The notes: a model not told the origin generated them from the letters alone. A stretch of 64,000 nt of DNA from an uncultured delta proteobacterium (GCA_963841435.1 CAWJCS010000006.1:704001-768000), one strand, 5' to 3'. Shown: positions 47,314-57,156, counted from the first letter of the stretch. Numbers and translations are program-made.

Positions 47314-48438
47314 ATGAGTACGAAAATTGTTTGGAAACAGATCTCGCTTGTCGCGATCTTCGGCCTTGGCTGCTGGGGCTGCACGATCACGTCGGACCCC
47401 GGGTCGAGCGGAGGCGGCGCCGGCACGGCAGGCACTGCTGGCACGGCCAGCATGTGCTCCGGAGGAGGGCCGGCCGTGCCCACGGGAGCCGCCAAGGGCC
47501 CGTGCGACATCTACGCGGAGGACAGCGGCCCTTGCGTTGCGGCCCACAGCACGGTTCGCGCGCTCTACGCCGAGTACGGCGGCCCCCTCTACCAGCTCAG
47601 GAAGGCGACCGGCGAGACGATGGACATCGCGCCCGTTGCCCCGGGTGGCGTGGCGAATGGTGCCGCACAGGACACGTTCTGCGGCGTCGACGCCTGCACC
47701 ATCTCGGTGATCTACGATCAGTCCGGTAGGGAGAATCACCTCACGAAGGCGCCCCCCGGTGGTGCGAAGCCGACCGAGGGCAACGAGGCCAACGCGAAAT
47801 CTGCCCCGCTCACGATCGCGGGCCAGAAGGTCTACGGCATCCACATCGTGCCCGGCGTCGGCTACCGGGACAACACGCCTTGTGGCACCGCAACTGGCGA
47901 CAACGCCGAGACGGAGTACATGGTCGTCGCCGGCACGTTCTACAACGGCGGTTGCTGCTTCGACTACGGCAACATGGAGACCAACAGCCGAGACAACGGC
48001 GAGGGCACCATGGAGGCCGTCTATTTCGGAACCTGCACCATCTGGGGTAAGGGCGCCGCCGACGGCCCGTGGGTCATGGGAGACCTCGAAAATGGTCTCT
48101 GGGCCGGAAACGTCAGCCCCTACGACGCCAACGTGCCGGTCACCTTCCCCTTCGTCACGGGCATGGTCAAGGGTGACGCGGCCGGCAAGGACCACTGGAC
48201 CATCAAGGTGGGCAACGCGCAATCCGGCGCCCTGACCACGCCCTTCGACGGTCACCGCCCGAGCCTGCGTTACAATCCCATGAGGAAAGAAGGCGCCATC
48301 GGACTTGGCACGGGTGGCGACAACAGCAACGGCGCTCAAGGAAACTTCTACGAAGGCGTCATGACCGCCCACTATTCGACGAACGCCGCCGACGACGCCG
48401 TGCAGGCCAACATCGCGGCTTTCTATGCGCAGCAGTAG
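47314..48438 (+). CDS. Lipoprotein GH54 arabinofuranosidase B (catalytic domain only)
   Basis: Lipobox CWGC; GPCDIY..PCVAAHSTVRAL, CCFDYGN, GTMEAVYFG, GPWVMGDLENG, LGTGGDNS, FYEG. Confidence 0.92.
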   Translation: MSTKIVWKQISLVAIFGLGCWGCTITSDPGSSGGGAGTAGTAGTASMCSGGGPAVPTGAAKGPCDIYAEDSGPCVAAHSTVRALYAEYGGPLYQLRKATGETMDIAPVAPGGVANGAAQDTFCGVDACTISVIYDQSGRENHLTKAPPGGAKPTEGNEANAKSAPLTIAGQKVYGIHIVPGVGYRDNTPCGTATGDNAETEYMVVAGTFYNGGCCFDYGNMETNSRDNGEGTMEAVYFGTCTIWGKGAADGPWVMGDLENGLWAGNVSPYDANVPVTFPFVTGMVKGDAAGKDHWTIKVGNAQSGALTTPFDGHRPSLRYNPMRKEGAIGLGTGGDNSNGAQGNFYEGVMTAHYSTNAADDAVQANIAAFYAQQ

Positions 48439-48503
48439 CGCGCTTTAAGCGCTAGGCCACCGGAGCAAACCATGGCGCCTGAAACCCACCAGGAGAAAGC
48501 ATC

Positions 48504-50189
48504 GTGAGTGGGGCCCCCTGCGTCATCGGGATCGATTTCGGTACCGATTCGGTGCGAAGCATCGTCGCCGATGCAGCCACGGGCAGCGTGCTCGGCACGT
48601 CCGTCAAGTATTACCCCCGATGGGCGAAGGGTCTCTACTGCGATCCCATCGAGAACAGGTTCCGGCAACATCCACTCGACTACCTCGAAAGCATGGAAGC
48701 GTCCGTGCTCGAGGCGCTCACGGAGGCCGGCCCCGGGGCTTCAGCCCGCGTGCGCGGGATCGCCGTCGACACGACGGGCTCGACCCCCGTGCTGGCCGAT
48801 CGCTCGGGTCGGCCGCTGGCACTCAGCGCGCCGTTCGCCGAGAACCCGAACGCGATGTTCGTTCTCTGGAAGGATCACACCGCCGTTCCCGAAGCCGAGC
48901 GCCTGAACCAGCTCGCGCGAACCTGGGGCGGCATCGACTACACCAAGTACGTTGGCGGGATCTATTCGTCGGAGTGGTTCTGGGCGAAGGCCATCCACGT
49001 GCTCGAGGCGGACCCGGCCGTGGCGGAGGCCGCCGTCACGATCCTCGAGCATTGCGACTGGATTCCGGCGGCTCTCACGGGAACGGACGATCTCCGGCGG
49101 GTGAAGCGGAGTCGCTGCGCCGCGGGGCACAAGGCGCTCTGGCACCTCGAGTTCGGCGGCTACCCGTCGGACGTCTTTTTGGGGAAGCTGAACCCCAGGC
49201 TCCCGGCGCTGAAGGAGACGTTCGGCACCGAGACGTTCACGTCCGACACGCCGTTCGGCACGCTCTCCGCGGAGTGGGCGAAAAAGCTCGGCCTGCCCCG
49301 CGAGACCGTCGTCGCGGTCGGCGCGTTCGACGCTCACATGGGCGCCGTCGGTGGTGGCATCAGCCAGCACACGCTGCTCAAGGTGATGGGGACGAGCACC
49401 TGCGACATCGTCGTTGCACCGTCCGGCAACGGGCCCGAGAAGCTGGTCTCCGGGATCTGTGGGCAGGTGGATGGCTCGGTGATTCGTGGCATGATCGGCT
49501 ACGAGGCTGGCCAGTCCGCGTTCGGAGACGTCTACGCGTGGTTCAAGTCGCTCCTCTCCTGGCCCCTCGAAACCGTCTTGCCGACGCTTTCGGGGATTTC
49601 TGAGGACGTGAAGCGCGACGTTCTCGAGCGCACGTCCGAGAGGCTCATTCCTGCCCTGGAAGAGGCCGCGAAGGCCCTGAAGATCGAGGAGACGGGGCCT
49701 CTCGCGCTCGATTGGATGAACGGTCGTCGGACTCCGAACGCCAACCAACGCCTGACGGGCGCCATCACCGGCATCGGCCTGGGCACCGACGCTCCGCGCA
49801 TTTTTCGTAGCTTGGTGGAGGCCACGGCCTTCGGGTCCCGCGCCATCGTCGAGTGCTTTCGCGCACAGGGAGTCCGCATCGACGGCGCGATTGCCATCGG
49901 CGGAGTGGCCAAGAAGAGCCGGTTCGTGATGCAAACCATTGCCGACGTCATGAACATGGAGGTGACGGTGGCAGCGGGGGATCAGACCGTCGCGCTGGGC
50001 GCCGCGATGTTCGCCGCGACGGCGGCCGGCCTGTACGGCGAGGTCGGGGAGGCTCAGCGCGCGATGTCTTCCGGCACCGAATCGGTCTACCGGCCCGATC
50101 CGGACCGCGCCAAGCGTTACGACCGACTTTACAAAGACTACTCGGCGCTCGGCTCCTTCGTGGAGAACGAGCTTTCGCGCCACTCATGA
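48504..50189 (+). CDS. araB: L-ribulokinase
   Basis: IGIDFGTDSVR, DTTGSTP, LWKDH, YSSEWFWAK, AFDAH, MGTSTC, EAGQSAFGD, DWMNGRRTP. Confidence 0.96.
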   Translation: MSGAPCVIGIDFGTDSVRSIVADAATGSVLGTSVKYYPRWAKGLYCDPIENRFRQHPLDYLESMEASVLEALTEAGPGASARVRGIAVDTTGSTPVLADRSGRPLALSAPFAENPNAMFVLWKDHTAVPEAERLNQLARTWGGIDYTKYVGGIYSSEWFWAKAIHVLEADPAVAEAAVTILEHCDWIPAALTGTDDLRRVKRSRCAAGHKALWHLEFGGYPSDVFLGKLNPRLPALKETFGTETFTSDTPFGTLSAEWAKKLGLPRETVVAVGAFDAHMGAVGGGISQHTLLKVMGTSTCDIVVAPSGNGPEKLVSGICGQVDGSVIRGMIGYEAGQSAFGDVYAWFKSLLSWPLETVLPTLSGISEDVKRDVLERTSERLIPALEEAAKALKIEETGPLALDWMNGRRTPNANQRLTGAITGIGLGTDAPRIFRSLVEATAFGSRAIVECFRAQGVRIDGAIAIGGVAKKSRFVMQTIADVMNMEVTVAAGDQTVALGAAMFAATAAGLYGEVGEAQRAMSSGTESVYRPDPDRAKRYDRLYKDYSALGSFVENELSRHS

Positions 50190-50240
50190 GCAACGAAGCA
50201 GGCTTCGTGCGTCGGCCGTGCAGACGAGGAAAGTAGAACC

Positions 50241-51728
50241 ATGAGCGCCAAGAGCACCCAAGAGATCTGGTTTCTGACCGGGAGTCAGGAGCTTTACGGT
50301 CAGGAGACGTTGAACGAGGTAGCCGATCACTCCCGCAAGATCGCCGCGCATTTCGAGGCAACGTTGCCGGTTCGAGTCGTCTGCAAGCCGACGCTCGCCG
50401 GGCCGGACGCCATTTACCAGACGTGCTTGGAAGCCAACGCGGCGCCGGAATGTGTCGGCGTCATCACCTGGATGCACACATTTTCGCCCGCGAAGATGTG
50501 GATCCGGGGCCTGACTCATCTCAGGAAGCCGATGGCGCATCTGCACACGCAGTTCAATCGCGAGCTGCCCTGGTCGCAGATCGACATGGACTTCATGAAC
50601 TTGAACCAGTCCGCGCACGGCGACCGCGAGTTCGGTTTCGTCGTCGCGCGCCTCCGGCTCGAGCACAAGATCGTGGTCGGTCATTGGCAGGACAGCGATG
50701 TCGTCGCCGAGCTCGAGGGCTGGTCCCGTGTCGCGTGCGCGGTCGCCGAATCCCGACGGCTGAAGATCGTGCGCTTCGGCGGCATGAACATGCGCGAGGT
50801 TGCCGTGACCGGTGGCGACCGCGTCCAGGCGGAGATCCAGTTCGGCTGGTCGATCAACGGGCATGCCGTCGGCGACCTCGTCGCACGGATTGCCGAGGTC
50901 GGGGACGCGGAGGTCGAACGGCTCGTCGAGGAGTACGAGGCGAAGTACGCCCTCGTCCCGTCGCTACGCCGGGGCGGCGAGCATCGCGAGAACCTGCGCC
51001 ATGCGGCTCGGCAGGAGATCGGTATGCGCGCCTTTTTGACGAGCGGAGGCTACGGCGCCTTCACCACCACCTTCGAGGATCTCTACGGCCTGAACCAGCT
51101 TCCGGGGCTGGCCTGCCAGCGCCTGATGGCCGACGGCTACGGGTTCGGGGCCGAGGGAGATTGGAAGACCTCGGCGCTCGTGCGGCTGATGAAGGTCATG
51201 TCTGCGGGTCGCGAGGGCGGCGTGTCCTTCATGGAGGACTACACGTACCATCTGGTCAAAGGCGAAGAGAAGGTGCTCGGCGCCCATATGCTCGAGGTCT
51301 GCCCCTCGATCGCCGACGGGAAGCCTTCGCTCGAGGTTCATCCGCTCGGGATCGGCGGCAAGGCAGCTCCCTGCCGCCTGGTCTTCAACGCGGCGCCTGG
51401 CCCTTCGGTCGCCGCCACGCTCGTTGACATGGGCGGGCGGATGCGGCTCATCGTCCACGAGGTTGACGCCATCAAGGCCGAGCACGCCATGCCGAAGCTC
51501 CCGGTGGCGCGAGCGCTCTGGGTGCCTCGCCCGGATTTCCGGCGCGGCGCTCAGGCGTGGCTCCTCGCGGGTGGAGCGCATCACACGGCGTTCAGCCAGG
51601 CCGTGACGGCCGAGCAGCTCGAGGACTTCGCTGGGATGCTGGACGTGGAGTGCGTGCGCATCGGACACGGCACGGATCTCGCGCAGCTCAAGAAGGAGCT
51701 CCGCTGGAACGACCAGAGAGCTCGCTAG
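50241..51728 (+). CDS. araA: L-arabinose isomerase
   Basis: WFLTGSQELYG, WMHTFSPAKMW, DMDFMNLNQSAHGDRE, GFGAEGDWK, SFMEDY, LGAHMLE, GGAHHT. Confidence 0.97.
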   Translation: MSAKSTQEIWFLTGSQELYGQETLNEVADHSRKIAAHFEATLPVRVVCKPTLAGPDAIYQTCLEANAAPECVGVITWMHTFSPAKMWIRGLTHLRKPMAHLHTQFNRELPWSQIDMDFMNLNQSAHGDREFGFVVARLRLEHKIVVGHWQDSDVVAELEGWSRVACAVAESRRLKIVRFGGMNMREVAVTGGDRVQAEIQFGWSINGHAVGDLVARIAEVGDAEVERLVEEYEAKYALVPSLRRGGEHRENLRHAARQEIGMRAFLTSGGYGAFTTTFEDLYGLNQLPGLACQRLMADGYGFGAEGDWKTSALVRLMKVMSAGREGGVSFMEDYTYHLVKGEEKVLGAHMLEVCPSIADGKPSLEVHPLGIGGKAAPCRLVFNAAPGPSVAATLVDMGGRMRLIVHEVDAIKAEHAMPKLPVARALWVPRPDFRRGAQAWLLAGGAHHTAFSQAVTAEQLEDFAGMLDVECVRIGHGTDLAQLKKELRWNDQRAR

Positions 51729-51744
51729 CGATCGAGAGTGACCG

Positions 51745-52440
51745 ATGAACTCGAGCTACGGCGAGCTGAAAGAGCAGGCATGGCGTGCGAACATGGAGAT
51801 CCCTCGCCGTGGCCTCGCCATCTACACGTTCGGCAACGTCTCGGCGCTCGACGCGGAGCGAGGCGTCTTCGCCATCAAGCCGAGCGGCGTCGCCTACGAG
51901 AATCTCACGGCTGCCGACCTCGTCGTCGTGGACCTCGAGGCCAAGGTCGTCGAGGGCACGCTACGGCCGTCCTCCGATACGAAGACCCACGCGGCCCTGT
52001 ATCGGTCGTTCCGTGGTATCGGCGGGATCGTCCACACGCACTCGACCTACGCCACCGCCTGGGCTCAGGCGAGGCTGCCCATCCCGCTCTACGGCACGAC
52101 CCATGCGGACTACCTTGCCGAGGACGTTCCCTGCACGGCGATCATGACCGCCGACGCGGTCGCGCGAGACTACGAAGCCGAGACGGGGACGCAAATCATC
52201 GATTGCTTCCGCACGCGTGATCCAGCAAAGACGCCCATGGTGCTCGTAGCAGGGCATGCTCCCTTCACGTGGGGCAAGTCGGCGGCCGAGGCGGTGTACC
52301 ACGCGGTCGTTCTCGAAGAGCTCGCCAAGATGGCCGCCATCACACGGAGCCTCGACCCCGAAGCAGAGCGACTACCAGAGTACCTCGTGCAGAAGCACTT
52401 CGAACGCAAGCATGGGAAACGCGCCTACTACGGGCAATAA
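51745..52440 (+). CDS. araD: L-ribulose-5-phosphate 4-epimerase
   Basis: TFGNVS, IKPSGV, PSSDTKTH, HTHS, GTTHADY, HAPFTWG, RKHGKRAYYGQ. Confidence 0.96.
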   Translation: MNSSYGELKEQAWRANMEIPRRGLAIYTFGNVSALDAERGVFAIKPSGVAYENLTAADLVVVDLEAKVVEGTLRPSSDTKTHAALYRSFRGIGGIVHTHSTYATAWAQARLPIPLYGTTHADYLAEDVPCTAIMTADAVARDYEAETGTQIIDCFRTRDPAKTPMVLVAGHAPFTWGKSAAEAVYHAVVLEELAKMAAITRSLDPEAERLPEYLVQKHFERKHGKRAYYGQ

Positions 52441-52521
52441 GCACCACGCTTCCCTAGATTCGCAGTGCTAGCCGTCACTCTGGCCTGAGAAGAAAGCATT
52501 ATACGAGAGAACGGGATAACC

Positions 52522-54072
52522 ATGCGACGAGTATCAAATCTACTAGGACTATCGGGACTGTTGGTCATGGGTTTCCTGTCGACTCACGCCTTGGGCCAGG
52601 AACCCGGGGATGCCGACGCCGAAGGGCCCACTGACGAAGCCAGCGCCGGTGACGCGAGCCCCGACGAAGCCAAGCCCGACGAGGCCAAGCCCGACGAGGC
52701 CAAGCCAAGCGAGGGCCAGGCAGCAACCGTCGAGGCGAAAGCGGAGCTGCCGGCGCCAGTCGAGCCGGCGCCCGAAGGCGCCGCGAAAGCCGACAAGCCG
52801 AAATTGGGCGACACCAAGCTCAGCGGCTACTTCCGTGGCGGATTCGGCGCGAGCAACCAGAAAGGCAGGATGACGTGCTTCGCCCTCGCCAACCCGGCCG
52901 GGCTGGTCGCAAAGTACAGGCTCGGCAACGAGTGCGAGGTCTGGGCCGAATCGGAGTTCAAGACGGTCATTTACGCGGACGACGACGGTGCGGTCGCCTC
53001 CGTTCACTTCATGCCGACCGTCTACATACCGACCACCTACATCGGCTATTCGCCGACCGGTGTCACCTCTTCCCCCTCCGAATACACGACTTCGACCGGC
53101 GCCACGGTGTCGTTTCCGAACCTCTACGTGGATATCGAAGGGATCCCTTGGCTGTTCGGTGGGAAGGCGTGGGTTGGTACCCGGTACTACAAGCGCGAAT
53201 CCATCTACATCAACGACTTTTTCTATTGGAACCCGTCCGGCGTGGGTGGCGGCATCGAGGACGTCAACATCGGTAAAGACGTGCGCGTCAGCTACGCCGC
53301 GTTCGCCGTCGATGGAGAGCCGGTATCGGCCGGCGCCGGCACTCCACCGTTGCCGATGCAAGCCGACCTCGGCATTCGCAACGACCTGCAGGTACGAGGG
53401 CTCCGACCGTATCCAAGCGGGGAGTTCCAGGTCGGGTTTCAGTACATCGCAGATTACAGCAATCACAAGGACGCGAACGGCGACTCCGTCACGCACAGCG
53501 GGTGGGGCGTCACTCTCCAACACGTGCAGCAGCTACTCGGCGGCGAGAACAAGCTCGCCTTCCAGTACGGAAAAGGTGGCGGAACGGGCTTCGGTACGCT
53601 GTCGCGCTTCTACTACCCCGACTTTTCCCTCTACTTTGCGCCGAGCGAGTACCGGATCCGCGTGGTCGATGTGCTCACCGTTCAGCCCATCGAGTGGTTC
53701 GGCGCGCAGCTGGGCCTCGTCTACCAGCATGACGACCTCGGTAACGCCGGACAGAAGACGGATTGGTACACCGGTGGCACCCGCCTCAGCTTTGCGTTCA
53801 ACAAGTACGCCAAGGTGCTCGCAGAGGTCGGCTACGACCGCGTCAAAAAGAGCAACGGCTCGGAGCCGCAGTGGCTAGGCAAGGGCACCATTGCCCCCGC
53901 GATCGCCGCAGGCAAGGGCATGTTCGCGCGCCCGGAGCTCCGGGTCTTCTACACTTGGGCGACGTGGAACGAGACGGCTCGGACCGCCACCGTCGACTCG
54001 GGCAGGCTCTACACCACCACCAACCTGCTCAGCGGCGTCACCTACGGCCTGCAAGCCGAAGCCTGGTGGTGA
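52522..54072 (+). CDS. LamB/maltoporin family carbohydrate porin
   Basis: Signal peptide; GYFRGG, KYRLGNECE, WVGTRYYKR, DFFYW, RPELRVFYTWATW, C-terminal YGLQAEAWW. Confidence 0.9.
   Translation: MRRVSNLLGLSGLLVMGFLSTHALGQEPGDADAEGPTDEASAGDASPDEAKPDEAKPDEAKPSEGQAATVEAKAELPAPVEPAPEGAAKADKPKLGDTKLSGYFRGGFGASNQKGRMTCFALANPAGLVAKYRLGNECEVWAESEFKTVIYADDDGAVASVHFMPTVYIPTTYIGYSPTGVTSSPSEYTTSTGATVSFPNLYVDIEGIPWLFGGKAWVGTRYYKRESIYINDFFYWNPSGVGGGIEDVNIGKDVRVSYAAFAVDGEPVSAGAGTPPLPMQADLGIRNDLQVRGLRPYPSGEFQVGFQYIADYSNHKDANGDSVTHSGWGVTLQHVQQLLGGENKLAFQYGKGGGTGFGTLSRFYYPDFSLYFAPSEYRIRVVDVLTVQPIEWFGAQLGLVYQHDDLGNAGQKTDWYTGGTRLSFAFNKYAKVLAEVGYDRVKKSNGSEPQWLGKGTIAPAIAAGKGMFARPELRVFYTWATWNETARTATVDSGRLYTTTNLLSGVTYGLQAEAWW
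52660..52706. repeat. 15-bp in-frame tandem repeat (x3) encoding PDEAK in the porin N-terminal extension
   Basis: cccgacga(a/g)gccaag x3. Confidence 0.85.
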
Positions 54073-54437
54073 CCCGGGCTGACCGGGCGCAAAATTCACG
54101 AGCCGGTCGCGACGCCCGCCCGTCACTACCTTACGTGAGTGCTCGAGGCCTGCGGCACGCCCTTGGCGTCAAGCGGCGCAGAGCGGGCGGAGGTCGCCCC
54201 TCTCTGCCGTGGGCGGTGGTCGCCCTGTCGCTCGCGGCGCGGCGTGTCGCTGCAGAGCAGCCCACGGTCGGCGACTCGGCGCCACCGGCGAGCTCTGCTC
54301 CGACGGCCGCGCCCCTCGCCGCTCTCGTCCACGCGTTCGGCGTCGCGCACCAGCCTCCTTCTTGGCAACCGGCGCGTTGTGGGCGACAAGTTCGGCTTTC
54401 TGATCGGTCCCCGTGAAGGGGGAAAGCGGGCACACAG

Positions 54438-55274
54438 ATGACGACGAAAACTACGGAGCAGATACGTGCGGACTGGGACAGCCAGGCACAAAGCTGGTTC
54501 GGCAAGCGTGAATCTTTGCTGGCTGCTTCACGGCCGATTCACGAATGGCTCGTCGAGAAGGTCGAGCCGAGCGGTGGCAAGCGGGTGCTCGAGATTGCTG
54601 CCGGACCCGGTGACACCGGATTCCTCTTGGCGCGGCGCCTCGGCAGCGGCCGGCTGGTGTCGACCGATCTTTCCTCCGCGATGGTCGAAATGGCCCGCCA
54701 GCGAGGCGCGGAGCTCGGGATCGAGAACGCCGACTACCGCGTGCTCGATGCCCAAGCCATGGACCTCGACGATGCGTCGTTCGACGGGGTGATTTGTCGC
54801 TGGGGTCTGATGCTCATGCCGGACCCGGCGGCCGCTCTCCGCGAGTGTCGACGCGTCCTCAAGCCGGGCGGTCGCCTTGCCCTCGCGGTGTTCACCGGGC
54901 CTAAGGAGAACCCCTTCGCGTCGATTCCCGCTCGTGTGCTCGCCGAGATGGGTTTCTTGCCGCCCGCGCCCCCCGGGTGGCAACCGGGCATTTTGGCGCT
55001 CGGGGATCGGCCGCGCCTTTTGGCCCTGCTCGATGGCGCCGGTTTCATTTCGAGCCATGTCGAGAGTGTCGACATGGCATGGACGTTCCGCGATACCGCT
55101 GACTACTGGACCTTCCTCGTGGAGCTCACCGCGCTCGCTCCGGTGGTTCGCGCGCTGCCGAGCGAGGCGGGCGCCGCCTTTCGCAAGGCAATCGACGAAC
55201 GCCTCGCTCCGTTTGCACGCGACGAAGGCATCGTGCTCCCGTCCCGCTGCTGGGGTGCGGTGCTGGTTCGCTAG
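54438..55274 (+). CDS. Class I SAM-dependent methyltransferase
   Basis: VLEIAAGPG, TDLSSAM, DAQAMDLDDASFD, RVLKPGG. Confidence 0.92.
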   Translation: MTTKTTEQIRADWDSQAQSWFGKRESLLAASRPIHEWLVEKVEPSGGKRVLEIAAGPGDTGFLLARRLGSGRLVSTDLSSAMVEMARQRGAELGIENADYRVLDAQAMDLDDASFDGVICRWGLMLMPDPAAALRECRRVLKPGGRLALAVFTGPKENPFASIPARVLAEMGFLPPAPPGWQPGILALGDRPRLLALLDGAGFISSHVESVDMAWTFRDTADYWTFLVELTALAPVVRALPSEAGAAFRKAIDERLAPFARDEGIVLPSRCWGAVLVR

Positions 55275-56530
55275 TCAGCGCCCGAAACCCAACCTTCGAG
55301 GAGCCCGCGTTTCTGGGAGGGCGGCAGCTCGCGTGCGATGCCGTGAAGTCGCGAGGTCGGCGGGCGCAGGGCAACGCGGCTGCGCTCGTCGTCCCAGGCC
55401 GTGATGAGCTCGGCTTCCCGCTTCATCTGGCGGCTCATCTCGCGGTGAAGCTCTTTGAGCTCGCCGAAGGACCAGTCGAACGAGGCCACTCGGTCGGTGA
55501 CTTCCAGGAACGGCCGCGCCAGAGCGTCGCGTTCCGCCTGGTACGGTCCGAGGCGGACCGGATCGCGGAGGATCGCGCGGACCAAGAGCTCGGCGTCGCG
55601 CAGCGCATCGGTGATTCCGTGGGACGTGGCCGGGTCCTTGAAAGACCCGGCGTCACCCACGAGCGCCCAGCCGGGGCCACTGCATCGTTTGAGATAGCCG
55701 AAGTGGTGGCCGAAGGCGCGCAGACGTCCCAGGGGGGTGGCGCGACCGATCCGCCGCCAGAGCTCCGGGCTGCAGCCGAACAGCGAGTCGCGAAAGAGCG
55801 CGTCCAGGTTGCTGCGCCCGACGCCCTCAAGGCGTTCGGGCGGAAGGCCGACGAAGACGCACGTCGCACCGTCGTTGGTCGGAATCGCGCCGGCGGACAC
55901 GCGCTCACCGAAGTACCAGTGGTAGCCGTGGTTCTCGAGGCCCGCGAAGTGCCCGTAGATGGTCGAGCTCGGGTGTTCCGTGGCGAGCAGCAACGGCGCG
56001 TCGACCAGCTCCGCGACCGTCGAGCGCAGGCCGTCGGCACCGATCACGAGCGAGCTCTGCACCCGCTCGACCGTCCCGTCGGCACTTCGCAGGTAGGCGC
56101 CCTCCACGCGGCCCGTCGCGCTCCAGAGGAGCCCCACGAGCGAGGTGCGATACCGCACCTCGGCACCTGCACGCTCCGCCGCCGCGACGAGCAGCGGGTC
56201 GAGCCGCGTGCGACGCGGTGCATAGAGCGCTCCCACGCCGTACTTGGGCTCGATGGCGACCGCGACGCGCTCGGCACCGTAGTGAAACGTGGTTGAAGTG
56301 ATGCGGGGCGTCCCCAGCCTTTCGAGCTCCGAACGAAGCCCCCACCGCGCGAGCTGCAGGACGCCGGCGCGCATGAGGGCGTGCGTCGAGAGTGTGTCGG
56401 TTCCAGGGGGGCTGCGATTGACGCACAGCACGCGTCGCCCGGCGCGCGCCAGTAAAAGGGCGGTGGACGCTCCCGCACAGCGTGCGCCGACGACGATGGC
56501 GTCGTAGGCGGTTCTCTCGACGGGCTTCAT
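55271..56530 (-). CDS. FAD-dependent oxidoreductase (geranylgeranyl reductase/halogenase-like superfamily)
   Basis: DAIVVGARCAG, DTLSTH, VIGADG, GWALVGDAG..KDP..HGITDA. Confidence 0.88.
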   Translation of the reverse strand: MKPVERTAYDAIVVGARCAGASTALLLARAGRRVLCVNRSPPGTDTLSTHALMRAGVLQLARWGLRSELERLGTPRITSTTFHYGAERVAVAIEPKYGVGALYAPRRTRLDPLLVAAAERAGAEVRYRTSLVGLLWSATGRVEGAYLRSADGTVERVQSSLVIGADGLRSTVAELVDAPLLLATEHPSSTIYGHFAGLENHGYHWYFGERVSAGAIPTNDGATCVFVGLPPERLEGVGRSNLDALFRDSLFGCSPELWRRIGRATPLGRLRAFGHHFGYLKRCSGPGWALVGDAGSFKDPATSHGITDALRDAELLVRAILRDPVRLGPYQAERDALARPFLEVTDRVASFDWSFGELKELHREMSRQMKREAELITAWDDERSRVALRPPTSRLHGIARELPPSQKRGLLEGWVSGAD

Positions 56531-56535
56531 TTGCG

Positions 56536-57156
56536 CTATTTTCCGTGAGAGGTGGCGGTCGCGCGGACGCCGAGCTCGACGGGCACGCCGTGGGTCAGCA
56601 CGTCGAACACGGCCGAGCGCGCGCGCGATTGCTCGACGATTTCACGCAGCTTTGTCGCGGGTGCGTCGCCCCGCACGTCGAAGTCGATCCGGATGGCCTG
56701 GTAGCCGTTGCGCCCGCTGTCGGACAGGCCCAAGAGGCCGAGCAGGTCGATGTCGCCCTCGACCGTGGCCGTCACCGACTCGAGCTCGACACCACGCGCC
56801 GCCGCGACGTTCCCGATGCCGGCCATGATGCAGGCAGCGAGCGCGTGCAGGAGGAACTCGATCGGCGTGGGCGCTCGGCCGGTGCCGCATAGCACCGGGT
56901 GGTGGTCGGCCTCGAACGAGAATTCTCGTTGGTGGCGGTGCTCGCCGCCCGCCCCGCTGAACGTGCCGAGCTCGGTGCGACTGTGGTTGCCTGAAAGCCA
57001 GCGATTTTGGGCGCGAAAGCGAAACTTGGCGAGCTCGGGCTGCTCGCCCACGGCGTTGATCGTCGCAAACAGCGCCGGCGTGTCCACGCCGTTCAAAGGC
57101 TTCGGCTCACGGCGGTGCTTCTTGGCAGTGGTCGGCTGGTGGCCTTGGGTCGTCAT
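56536..57156 (-). CDS. OsmC family protein
   Basis: NGVD, PTPIEFLLHALAAC, VEGDIDL, RSAVFD; AAGGAG RBS before MTTQ. Confidence 0.88.
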   Translation of the reverse strand: MTTQGHQPTTAKKHRREPKPLNGVDTPALFATINAVGEQPELAKFRFRAQNRWLSGNHSRTELGTFSGAGGEHRHQREFSFEADHHPVLCGTGRAPTPIEFLLHALAACIMAGIGNVAAARGVELESVTATVEGDIDLLGLLGLSDSGRNGYQAIRIDFDVRGDAPATKLREIVEQSRARSAVFDVLTHGVPVELGVRATATSHGK

